DNA from: Bacteroides fragilis
Lineage (GTDB): Bacteria > Pseudomonadota > Alphaproteobacteria > Rs-D84
Direction of reading: 5' to 3'
DNA: 64,000 bases
Assembly: GCA_963630775.1 (NCBI GenBank)
Contig: CAVGNU010000002.1
Coordinates: 3,406 to 67,405 of the forward strand
How positions within the stretch are numbered: position 1 is the stretch's first letter; the number at the start of each line of letters is the position of its first letter. Under the pieces are notes generated by a model. It was not told the origin of the DNA, ran no database searches, and was given only the letters and a program-made list of their open reading frames with translations. The position numbers and the translations under genes are program-made. Positions 54,409 to 63,199 of this stretch are shown here, piece after piece.

Positions 54409-55274
54409 AGGTAGGTATTATTGGCGCGGGCGCATGGGGCACCGCATTGGGTACGATTGTTGCACGTGGGGGTGCGGACGCGGTTCTGTGGTCTTATGAT
54501 GGTGCAAAAAAAGATTTTGATGGGGTTGTGTCACCAGCAAAACTGTCTGTTACAACAAATATGGCCGATATGGGCGAATGCGACGCGTGGCTGATTGTTA
54601 CACCAGCGGCGTTTTTCCGCGAAACCGTGCGCAATGCGGCACTGTACTATTGCGGCCAACCGGTTATTATTTGCACCAAGGGTGCCGAAGCCGCAACCGG
54701 TGAATTTATGTCTGAAATTATGGCAACAGAATTACCCGCGGCGCGTGATTTGGCGGTGCTGTCTGGGCCGCAATTCGCAGCAGAGGTTGCACGCGGCATT
54801 CCGACTGGTTCAACACTGGCCACACGTAGCATACTTGCATTGCAGACAGGCAGGGAAATATTCAACCAATTATATATCAGCCCCAGCGACGACATTATCG
54901 GCGCGGAAATATGTGGCGTCGGCAAGAACGCTGTTGCGCTGATTGCGGGCTATAATTCGGTGGCGGCAGCCGGCGAAAATGAACGCGCGATGATATTCAC
55001 CCGCGCCTGGGGCGAGGTTGCACAAATCGGCATTGCCTTGGGCGCAAAAGTCGAAACATTCTTGGATTTATGCGGAATAGGGGACTTGTTCCTGTCAGCG
55101 ACATCTGCCACCAGCCGTAATTTTGCGGGCGGTATGGCGATTGCCAAGGGCGAAACCGTTGTCGGTACTGTTGAAGGGATTTTTGCGCTGTCAGGTCTGA
55201 TTCGCCGCGCGGGCGCATTGGACGTAGAAACACCAACACTGTGCCAGATGCAGGAAAAACTGGGACTGAAATAA
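54405..55274 (+). CDS. gpsA: NAD(P)H-dependent glycerol-3-phosphate dehydrogenase
   Basis: MKVGIIGAGAWGTALG Rossmann motif, plus GPQFAAEVA and GKNAVALIAG. Confidence 0.85.
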   Translation: MKVGIIGAGAWGTALGTIVARGGADAVLWSYDGAKKDFDGVVSPAKLSVTTNMADMGECDAWLIVTPAAFFRETVRNAALYYCGQPVIICTKGAEAATGEFMSEIMATELPAARDLAVLSGPQFAAEVARGIPTGSTLATRSILALQTGREIFNQLYISPSDDIIGAEICGVGKNAVALIAGYNSVAAAGENERAMIFTRAWGEVAQIGIALGAKVETFLDLCGIGDLFLSATSATSRNFAGGMAIAKGETVVGTVEGIFALSGLIRRAGALDVETPTLCQMQEKLGLK

Positions 55275-55362
55275 AAGTACAAAGTTCAGAGTTCAAAGTT
55301 CAAATAACACGTGCGCCAACGGCGCACCCCAATTACTCTCTGCTCTCTGCTCATTACTCTGT
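55274..55362. repeat. Heptamer-periodic intergenic element, copy f
   Basis: AAAGTAC AAAGTTC AGAGTTC AAAGTTC AAATAAC - GTGCGCC aac GGCGCAC - ATTACTC TCTGCTC TCTGCTC ATTACTC. Confidence 0.85.
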
Positions 55363-55363
55363 A

Positions 55364-55397
55364 TAAAAAAACACCGGTAAATGCCGGTGTTTTTTAT
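55364..55397. terminator. Bidirectional intrinsic terminator (caccggtaaatgccggtg family)
   Basis: A7-caccgg-taaatg-ccggtg-T6. Confidence 0.8.
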
Positions 55398-55412
55398 GCA
55401 ATTAAACAACTA

Positions 55413-55829
55413 TTATTTAACGGTTGTTGTTGCGTTACGGTTGAACTTCCAGACATCTTCGCCTGTGCCCTTGACCAATGGACGTTCTTTACCATAAGAA
55501 ATGGTAGAAATACGTTTTGATTCAATGCCGTCTTTGACCAGAACCGCCTTGGCCGCGTTTGCACGACGTGCACCCAATGCCAAGTTGTATTCTGTGGAAC
55601 CACGTTCGTCGCAGTTACCAGCAATCTGGATTTTGGTGTCTGCGTGGTTCTTCATGTACAGCGACTGGCCCAACAGGTTGTCGCGTGCTTCGTCGGAAAT
55701 ATCCGAAGAATTGAACGCAAAGAATACGCGTTGATCGTTCAAGTCAGCAGGTTCAACAATGCTGGAACCGCCACAAGCGGCCAACAAGCCGGCAACACCA
55801 GCCAACATAGCAAAGTTTTTAATTTTCAT
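55413..55829 (-). CDS. pal: Peptidoglycan-associated lipoprotein
   Basis: Lipobox LLAACG. OmpA domain NCDERGSTEYNLALGARRANAAK. Confidence 0.9.
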   Translation of the reverse strand: MKIKNFAMLAGVAGLLAACGGSSIVEPADLNDQRVFFAFNSSDISDEARDNLLGQSLYMKNHADTKIQIAGNCDERGSTEYNLALGARRANAAKAVLVKDGIESKRISTISYGKERPLVKGTGEDVWKFNRNATTTVK

Positions 55830-55907
55830 GAAAATACTCCCTTGAGTTTCTGTTGCTCGTGTTCTATCTTATACTGAAATGTTTGAAAAATCAAGGAAAA
55901 ACAAAAA

Positions 55908-56720
55908 ATGCAGTGTAATCAGTTGCAGGATTTAGTTTTGTCGGGCGTGCGGTGGGAATTGTCTGACATACCGTTCGCTATGGCACAGAGTGCAGCCGTC
56001 GCGGCGGCAAATCGTGCATCGCGACCCGCGCCCGCGCCGGACACCGGTGTGCCTGATGTCGTGCCAGACAGTCCCGCACCACTGCGGGCGACAACCGCCA
56101 TTGTTCCCCCCATCGCGCCAGAGGTTGGTGTTACCATTCAAACCGCACGTGCCATGGCGTCGCGGCCGGCTGACATTGCAGCACTGACGCGCATGATTGC
56201 AGAATTTGGTCATCCATTGCGCAGTGCGGCCACCCGTGTTGTGTTACCACACATTGCGCCAAATCCAAACGGTTTGGTAATAATCACCGATATTCCCAGC
56301 ACAGATGACGATGCGTGTGGTGAAATATTGACGGGGCCGGCGGGCGAATTGCTGGATAAAATGTTGGCCGCGATTGGAATGTCACGCGAATGCGTATCTA
56401 TTTTGCCGATGGTGTTCTGGCGTACCCCAGGGGGACGCACGCCATCGCGCAATGAATTGGATCTGGCTCGGCCATTTGTTGATCGCGCGCTGGAATTTTT
56501 GTCGCCACAATTGATTCTGACGCTGGGGACATTGTCCGCAACGGAAATCGCAGACGTCAATCTGGCACATGCGCATGGCGTGGTGGCAGACACCATATTT
56601 GGCGTAAAATGCATGCCGATTTTCCACCCAAATTACCTGTTGTTAAAACCAACGGCAAAGCGTGATGCGTGGAATGCATTGCAACAAATTCAAAATTTGT
56701 TGAAAAGTGCCGAAAAATAG
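55908..56720 (+). CDS. Uracil-DNA glycosylase, family 4-like
   Basis: C-terminal domain with GEILTGPAGELLDKMLAAIG and HPNYLL motifs. Ala/Pro-rich N-terminal extension. Confidence 0.7.
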   Translation: MQCNQLQDLVLSGVRWELSDIPFAMAQSAAVAAANRASRPAPAPDTGVPDVVPDSPAPLRATTAIVPPIAPEVGVTIQTARAMASRPADIAALTRMIAEFGHPLRSAATRVVLPHIAPNPNGLVIITDIPSTDDDACGEILTGPAGELLDKMLAAIGMSRECVSILPMVFWRTPGGRTPSRNELDLARPFVDRALEFLSPQLILTLGTLSATEIADVNLAHAHGVVADTIFGVKCMPIFHPNYLLLKPTAKRDAWNALQQIQNLLKSAEK

Positions 56721-56757
56721 TAAATAATTTCTGCAGAAACATACAAAGGAGTTTACA

Positions 56758-57312
56758 ATTAAACCTGCATTTAACCGTGATAATCGTCGGGATATGGGCC
56801 CACGCATGAACAATCGTATATTTGCCAAAACGGTGCAAGTAATCAGCAATACCGGCCAAAATCTGGGCGTTATGCAGACATCGGTTGCATTACAGATGGC
56901 AATGGACGATGGGTTGGATTTGGTTGAAATCAACACCAATGGTGCTGTGCCTATCGTCAAAATTATGGACTATGGCAAATTCAAGTATGAACAGAAAAAA
57001 CGCGCGGCCGAGGCGAAAAAGAACCAGAAAACAATCGAAATGAAAGAGGTTTGGGTAAAACCGTTTATCGAAGAAAATGACCTGAATATCAAAATGAAAA
57101 AGGTCTTTGAATTTCTGGGGCAGGGCAACAAGGTCAAGATTGCCGTTATGACCCGTGGTTCAAAAAAGGTTTTGGCACGCGGCAAGGACGCCGTTCCAGA
57201 ATTGTTTGCGCATATTATGGAATTGGTTGGCGAACATGGCACACTGGAATCTAAATCCAAACCAGATGAACGAACCAAATCAATTATCATTGCACCCGCA
57301 ACAAAAAAATAA
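56758..57312 (+). CDS. infC: Translation initiation factor IF-3 (ATT start)
   Basis: IF-3 N- and C-terminal domains (IMDYGKFKYEQKK). AAGGAG at 56746-51 lies 6 nt before in-frame ATT 56758. The track ORF starts later, at ATG 56794. Confidence 0.9.
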   Translation: MKPAFNRDNRRDMGPRMNNRIFAKTVQVISNTGQNLGVMQTSVALQMAMDDGLDLVEINTNGAVPIVKIMDYGKFKYEQKKRAAEAKKNQKTIEMKEVWVKPFIEENDLNIKMKKVFEFLGQGNKVKIAVMTRGSKKVLARGKDAVPELFAHIMELVGEHGTLESKSKPDERTKSIIIAPATKK

Positions 57313-57337
57313 AAATGCCCCGTGTGGGGCATTTTTT
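57311..57337 (+). terminator. Intrinsic terminator after infC
   Basis: aaaaatgcccc-gtgt-ggggcatttttt. Confidence 0.8.
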
Positions 57338-57418
57338 AGAGAATAGATAATAGAGCATAGATAATAGATAGTGTACCGCTGGCACTTTATCACTGTATCA
57401 CTTTGTCACTCTATCACT
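57337..57418. repeat. Heptamer-periodic intergenic element, copy g
   Basis: TAGAGAA TAGATAA TAGAGCA TAGATAA TAGATAG - tgtaccgctggca - CACTTTAT CACTGTAT CACTTTGT CACTCTAT CACT. Confidence 0.85.
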
Positions 57419-57448
57419 AAAAAAAACACCGGCAAATGCCGGCGTTTT

Positions 57449-57450
<2 letters not shown>
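57419..57450 (-). terminator. Intrinsic terminator downstream of mreB (caccggcaaatgccgg family)
   Basis: A8-caccggc-aaa-tgccggcg-T6. Confidence 0.75.
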
Positions 57451-58501
<1,051 letters not shown>

Positions 58502-58627
58502 TCAAAATCCTTGGGTATGAACCATTTTTTTGCACTATAAAACCTGTAATGACAAAAATCAAGGTCGCCAAAATAAAAAATATGCTTTTTTATTTGATTA
58601 TTACCAGATTCTGGTATTATAGCCGGC

Positions 58628-58987
58628 ATGAGAAACACAATAAAAAATCATAATGACTTTCTGATGGCGGACAACGATCCAATGGCCCGCAGTGCGTTTT
58701 TTATCATTCGTGCCAGACCAGCAAAAGATGCCAACGATCCGCGTTTCGGTCTGGTTGTGACCAAGCGGACGTTCAAATTTGCCGTTCAGCGCAATTTGGC
58801 CAAGCGTAAATTACGCGATTGGATTCGTGCCACCGGCGACAAGATGCTGGACACCATGGACTATGTATTCATTGCACGTCGGGCAATTCTGGACGCAGCA
58901 CGTGACGATGGTCGCGCGGCAATGACGCGCGCATTGAACTATCTGGCACATGAATATGGCAAGCAAGGTAAAAAATCAGCAAAATAA
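58628..58987 (+). CDS. rnpA: RNase P protein component
   Basis: GLVVTKRTFKFAVQRNLAKRKLRDWIR (RNR-like motif). Followed by yidD. Confidence 0.85.
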   Translation: MRNTIKNHNDFLMADNDPMARSAFFIIRARPAKDANDPRFGLVVTKRTFKFAVQRNLAKRKLRDWIRATGDKMLDTMDYVFIARRAILDAARDDGRAAMTRALNYLAHEYGKQGKKSAK

Positions 58988-59213
58988 ATATTCGCCACTG
59001 CAACGTGTGGCATTGTGGCTGGTACATGCATACCAGCGGACGATTTCACCCATTATCGGCGGACGCGCCGCATGCCGCTTTACCCCCACGTGCAGCCAGT
59101 ATGCCGCCGGCGCGATTGCAAAATACGGCGCGTTGCGCGGGGGGCTGATGGCATTACGACGAATATTGCGCTGCAACCCGTTTGGCGGGTATGGATACGA
59201 CCCTGTCCCTTGA
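58950..59213 (+). CDS. yidD: Membrane protein insertion efficiency factor YidD
   Basis: CRFTPTCSQYAAGAIAKYGALRGGLMALRRILRCNPF. Confidence 0.9.
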   Translation: MNMASKVKNQQNKYSPLQRVALWLVHAYQRTISPIIGGRAACRFTPTCSQYAAGAIAKYGALRGGLMALRRILRCNPFGGYGYDPVP

Positions 59214-59237
59214 CAAGTGGTATGAATGTGCTAGAAT
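59210..59237 (+). promoter_or_regulatory. Sigma70-like promoter of accBC with an extended -10
   Basis: TTGACA-16 nt-(TGc)TAGAAT. Confidence 0.5.
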
Positions 59238-59277
59238 TTGGACAAATATACGAATAAAAAACAAAGGTTTATAAAAT

Positions 59278-59715
59278 ATGTCTTTTCGTGCAACTGTTGA
59301 ATCCATGTCTAAAATAATGGACGAAATGGGTATCACAGAATTAGATTTAGAACGCCAGTTCTTGTTCGGTGTTTATCGCAAACACATTCATTTATCAAAG
59401 CAACAGGCCACCGCGGTCGCTATGCCCAGTTTGCCGGTATCTGGCGAAACCAAGGCCGCAGCAACCGCCGCACTGGCATCGGGCTATGCGCTGAAATCCC
59501 CAATGGTTGGTGTTGCATATCTGGCCCCAGAACCAGGCGCAAAACCATTTACAACCGTTGGTGCACAAATCAAGGCCGGCGATACCGTCGCATTGATAGA
59601 GGCAATGAAAACATTTAACCCAATCAAGTCCGATCGTGATGGCACGGTCAAAGAAATCTTGGTGACCGACGGCGCAGCTGTTGAATTTGATCAACCAATA
59701 ATTATTATTGAATAA
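59278..59715 (+). CDS. accB: Biotin carboxyl carrier protein
   Basis: Biotinylation motif IEAMKTFN in the lipoyl-like C-terminal domain. Confidence 0.92.
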   Translation: MSFRATVESMSKIMDEMGITELDLERQFLFGVYRKHIHLSKQQATAVAMPSLPVSGETKAAATAALASGYALKSPMVGVAYLAPEPGAKPFTTVGAQIKAGDTVALIEAMKTFNPIKSDRDGTVKEILVTDGAAVEFDQPIIIIE

Positions 59716-59717
59716 TC

Positions 59718-61088
59718 ATGTCACAAATAAAAAAAGTATTGATTGCCAACCGCGGTGAAATCGCACTGCGTATCATTCGCGCATGTCGCGACATGGGCAT
59801 TCGCACCGTTGCCGTTTATTCGACAGTTGATAAAAACGCGATGCATGTACAACTGGCGGACGAATCTGTGTGTATTGGTCCGGGCCCATCCAAGGATTCT
59901 TATCTGAACGAATCTGCAATTCTGACGGCGGCATTGCTGACCAATTCTGATGCAATTCACCCAGGGTACGGTTTTTTGTCCGAACGCGCGGATTTCGCAC
60001 AAAAGGTTATTCAGCATGGAATGATTTGGATTGGCCCATCACCAGAAATGATTACCAAGATGGGCGACAAGGTCAATGCCAAGCACACTGCGATTGAATG
60101 TGGTCTGCCGGTTGTGCCGGGGTCTGATGGTGCGGTTGACACAGTCGAAGATGCGTTAAAGTGGGCCGAAAAAATCGGTTACCCCGTTATGTTAAAGGCC
60201 GCGGCCGGTGGTGGTGGCCGTGGTATGCGCGCGGTACATAGTGCCGACGAAATGGCGGCCGCATTCCAGATTACCAAGAACGAAGCCCGCAGTGGTTTCG
60301 GCGACGACACATTGTATATGGAAAAATTATTGTTGCACCCACGTCATATTGAATTTCAGGTATTGGGCGACACGCATGGTAACGTTGTGATTTTTGGTGA
60401 ACGCGATTGTTCACTGCAACGCAAAAATCAAAAGGTTATGGAAGAATGTCCAGCGGCGGCATTGACCCAGAAACAGCGTGACGATATGATAGAGGTCTGC
60501 AAGACCGCTGCCAAAAAGATGGGGTATACCAACGCGGGTACATTTGAATTTATGTTCCAAGATGGCAAATTCTATTTCTTGGAAATGAATACCAGATTAC
60601 AGGTTGAACACCCTGTGACTGAAATGGTGTATGGCATTGATTTGGTGCGCGAACAGATTCGTGTTGCCGCCGGTGAAAAATTGGGTTATGCACAATCTAG
60701 TATTGCCCCACATGGTCATGCGATTGAATTTCGTATCAATGCCGAAGATCCAGAAACGTTTATTCCGAACCCTGGGAAAATCACATTGTATGCACCATCA
60801 GGTGGTCTGGGCGTACGCGTGGACAGCGCGGTCTATACCGGATACACCATACCGCCAACATACGATTCGATGATTGCAAAACTGATTGTTCATGCGCAAT
60901 CTCGCACGGCGTGCATTATGCGTGCCACACGTGCGTTAGACGAATTTGTTATCGAAGGTGTCAAGACGACAATCCCACTGCAACAGAAATTGTTAAAGAA
61001 CCGCGATGTTCAAACATTAAAGTTCGATAATCACTGGTTGGAAAATTACCTGAGTGGCGAACAAGAACAGAAAGAAAAACAAGAATAA
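59718..61088 (+). CDS. accC: Biotin carboxylase
   Basis: [17 protein letters not shown]-grasp [22 protein letters not shown]. Confidence 0.97.
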   Translation: MSQIKKVLIANRGEIALRIIRACRDMGIRTVAVYSTVDKNAMHVQLADESVCIGPGPSKDSYLNESAILTAALLTNSDAIHPGYGFLSERADFAQKVIQHGMIWIGPSPEMITKMGDKVNAKHTAIECGLPVVPGSDGAVDTVEDALKWAEKIGYPVMLKAAAGGGGRGMRAVHSADEMAAAFQITKNEARSGFGDDTLYMEKLLLHPRHIEFQVLGDTHGNVVIFGERDCSLQRKNQKVMEECPAAALTQKQRDDMIEVCKTAAKKMGYTNAGTFEFMFQDGKFYFLEMNTRLQVEHPVTEMVYGIDLVREQIRVAAGEKLGYAQSSIAPHGHAIEFRINAEDPETFIPNPGKITLYAPSGGLGVRVDSAVYTGYTIPPTYDSMIAKLIVHAQSRTACIMRATRALDEFVIEGVKTTIPLQQKLLKNRDVQTLKFDNHWLENYLSGEQEQKEKQE

Positions 61089-61111
61089 AAACGGGGCGTT
61101 GCCGCGTTTTT
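61087..61111 (+). terminator. Imperfect hairpin terminator after accC
   Basis: aaaacggggcg-ttg-ccgcgttttt. Confidence 0.55.
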
Positions 61112-61114
61112 ATT

Positions 61115-61164
61115 AAAGTTCAAAGTACAGAGTTCAAAGTTCATTCGTCTCCGCTTTGCTCTCT
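61115..61164. repeat. Heptamer-periodic intergenic element, copy h (no GC core)
   Basis: AAAGTTC AAAGTAC AGAGTTC AAAGTTC ATTCGTC TCCGCTT TGCTCTC. Confidence 0.8.
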
Positions 61165-61167
61165 AAA

Positions 61168-61193
61168 TAAAAATGCCCCGTTGGGGCATTTTT
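61168..61193 (-). terminator. Intrinsic terminator downstream of sspB
   Basis: aaaaatgcccc-gtt-ggggcattttt. Confidence 0.75.
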
Positions 61194-61656
61194 ATTTACG
61201 ATTCTTTCTGAAATCGTCCAGCGATACAACGCGACCTGGATCGGGGACGGTGTCTGGCCGTTCGTCCAATGGCAATTCCATATCATTATCCGCAGCGGCA
61301 ACGCCACCCTTTGGGTGAAAGGTTAAAATAAAATCAACCGACGGATCTTTGAATTCCACCAACGCGGAAAACGGCACACGAATAAAAAACGGACGACCAT
61401 CAAACGTCAGTTGCACACCAAATTCTTTGTCGGATACATGCAAATTATTATACGAATACTGTAATACAATCGTCATAATGTCTGGATACCGTATGCGCAG
61501 AAAATCCGGCAAAACAACGCCCACGGCGCGCGTTTTGAATGTGATAAAGAAATGAGTCCCATCACCCAGACCGTTCACCTGTGCATGAATCAACGCGTCT
61601 TTGACAACGGATTTCAGCGCGTTATCCAATAATGTTTGATAATCAATTTTTGCCAT
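61192..61656 (-). CDS. sspB: ClpXP adaptor SspB (alphaproteobacterial type)
   Basis: DYQTLLDNALKSVVKDAL...THFFITFKT...VLQYSYNNLHV...F.V.LTFDG is typical of the SspB-alpha family. Disordered acidic tail. Confidence 0.7.
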   Translation of the reverse strand: MAKIDYQTLLDNALKSVVKDALIHAQVNGLGDGTHFFITFKTRAVGVVLPDFLRIRYPDIMTIVLQYSYNNLHVSDKEFGVQLTFDGRPFFIRVPFSALVEFKDPSVDFILTFHPKGGVAAADNDMELPLDERPDTVPDPGRVVSLDDFRKNRK

Positions 61657-61661
61657 GTCTT

Positions 61662-62744
61662 TTAATTCTCCGCCGCCAGTATATTATTTATTTCGCCATC
61701 AGCGCAAGCAACAAATGCGGCGTCAGGCACATCAGAAAAAACATTCATGTCCAGACCCGTTGCCCAAACCTGCGCATCGGCGCGTCCCAGTTCGGCAAAC
61801 AAATTTGCGCGCGCCGCGGCGTCCAGATGGGCGGCGGCCTCGTCCAACAAAATCAATGGACGTGCACCTGTTTTTGTGTGAATCAATTTTGCGTGCGCCA
61901 AAATAATATTTAACAATGCGGTTTTTTGCTGACCAGTGCTGGTTACATTTGCTGGCAGGTTCAACGCAGTGTTAAACACACCAAAGTCCGATTTGTGTGC
62001 GCCGTCCAGCACCATTTTATCGCCCACTAATTCGCGATTATTGACCAGGTGTTCCGTGTATTCGCGTTCGGCGGTCGCGGCAGGTGCGCCCGAGAGCAAC
62101 ATTTTTTCAACAATACCCGCAACCGATACCGCTGAACCCATCAGGAAATAATTCAATTCGCCAGCGTATTTTATGCGCGCGTCAGCAATGGCAACAGATG
62201 TCGCGGCAATCTGGGCATCAATGGCATCTAACCAATGCGCGTCGCGACCACTTTTCAGTGCAAATGCGCGTTCTGACAATAATTTTCCTAATCGCTGGAT
62301 CCGGCCGCTGTGCGCAGAATCAAAACAGGCAACCAATCGGTCAAAGAACGCGCGACGATCGGCGGCACTGTCGACAAATAATCTGTCTTCACGTGGGGTC
62401 AACCACACTATATGCAGATACGTCGCCAATTCTGACAATGTCGCCGCATCGCCATCAACACGCGCGTGACGATTTGTATCGCCCGCGTTAAAGTAAACCG
62501 ATATTTCGGTATCGTTTGATAATACCGCAAATACTGAAAAACCGCCAGAACCACCAAAGCGCGCGATTTCGCCCCATGGTGCGCCACGCATACCGCGGTC
62601 ACCGGACAGCATTGATACGGCCTCGAGTACCGCGGTTTTGCCCGCACCATTTGGACCGGTAATGATAACATTGCGATGCCCGCACGTTGTTATGCGTGCG
62701 GTTGCATGATTCCTGAAATCAGTCAATGTTATCGTTTCAATCAT
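61662..62744 (-). CDS. recF: DNA replication and repair protein RecF
   Basis: LTDFRNH...ITGPNGAGKTAVLEA Walker A, plus the signature STGQQK and LLDE. Confidence 0.93.
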   Translation of the reverse strand: MIETITLTDFRNHATARITTCGHRNVIITGPNGAGKTAVLEAVSMLSGDRGMRGAPWGEIARFGGSGGFSVFAVLSNDTEISVYFNAGDTNRHARVDGDAATLSELATYLHIVWLTPREDRLFVDSAADRRAFFDRLVACFDSAHSGRIQRLGKLLSERAFALKSGRDAHWLDAIDAQIAATSVAIADARIKYAGELNYFLMGSAVSVAGIVEKMLLSGAPAATAEREYTEHLVNNRELVGDKMVLDGAHKSDFGVFNTALNLPANVTSTGQQKTALLNIILAHAKLIHTKTGARPLILLDEAAAHLDAAARANLFAELGRADAQVWATGLDMNVFSDVPDAAFVACADGEINNILAAEN

Positions 62745-62750
62745 GCCACA

Positions 62751-62779
62751 ATACTAGGACATATAGGGAAAAAGTTCAA
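62751..62779 (-). promoter_or_regulatory. Sigma70-like promoter of recF, with the -10 box 6 nt from the ATG (leaderless candidate)
   Basis: Minus strand: TTGAAC-17 nt-TAGTAT-6 nt-ATG(62744). The -35 lies inside the first AAAGTTC heptamer of repeat copy i. Confidence 0.5.
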
Positions 62780-62949
62780 ATGCAAATTATATATAGAGAG
62801 CAAAGAGCAGAGTGCAGAGAGCAAAGGAAAGTGAGTAAGTGATATAGTGATGAAGTGAAAAAGTTTATTTTTTGTCTATATTTGAAACGACATGAAAGAA
62901 ACAAGCGCGCCGACCGGTGCGCTTCATTGCTCTCTGCTCTTTGCTCTCT
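62771..62949. repeat. Heptamer-periodic intergenic element, copy i (largest)
   Basis: AAAGTTC ... AGAGAGC AAAGAGC AGAGTGC AGAGAGC AAAGGAA AGTGAGT AAGTGAT ... aagcgcgccgaccggtgcgctt ... CATTGCT CTCTGCT CTTTGCT CTCT. Confidence 0.85.
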
Positions 62950-63000
62950 AAAAATATCGTATGCGAACCGGCCGGTTCAATGACAACGATTTCCAAAAAT

Positions 63001-63028
63001 GAAAACGCCGCAAGGGCGTTTTAATTTT
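63001..63028 (-). terminator. Intrinsic terminator downstream of tRNA-Cys
   Basis: Minus strand: aaaacgccc-ttg-cggcgtttt. Confidence 0.7.
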
Positions 63029-63102
63029 TGGAGGCCTGGGTCGGAATCGAACCGGCATACAAGGATTTGCAGTCCTCTGCATAACCACTCTGCCACCAGG
63101 CC
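63029..63102 (-). tRNA. tRNA-Cys (anticodon GCA), CCA encoded
   Basis: Acceptor GGCCTGG/CCAGGCC, anticodon stem GAGGA/TCCTT with loop CTGCAAA, T loop TTCGATT. There is one C-A mismatch in the T stem. Confidence 0.85.
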
Positions 63103-63199
63103 AATCGTGTGAAGATATACTAAGAAAAAAAAATTTGTAATTCAACAGAAAAATTATATTATATAGTATGTTTATTATTTTACGGGAAAGAGAGAGCAT

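Noticed and set aside
55274-55362. The heptamer arrays could be a CRISPR array or a conventional tandem-repeat VNTR.
   Set aside because: The period is 7-8 nt with no spacers, the arrays are under 100 nt, and no cas genes are present. The arrays are organised symmetrically around a hairpin, so they are treated as a distinct repeat family.
55311-55520. 69-aa ORF, and other short ORFs such as 49181-49384 and 14761-14943, that cover repeat elements and terminators
   Set aside because: They are translations of repeat and terminator DNA (for example the KTPVNAG peptide from the terminator hairpin). They overlap the 3' ends of real genes.
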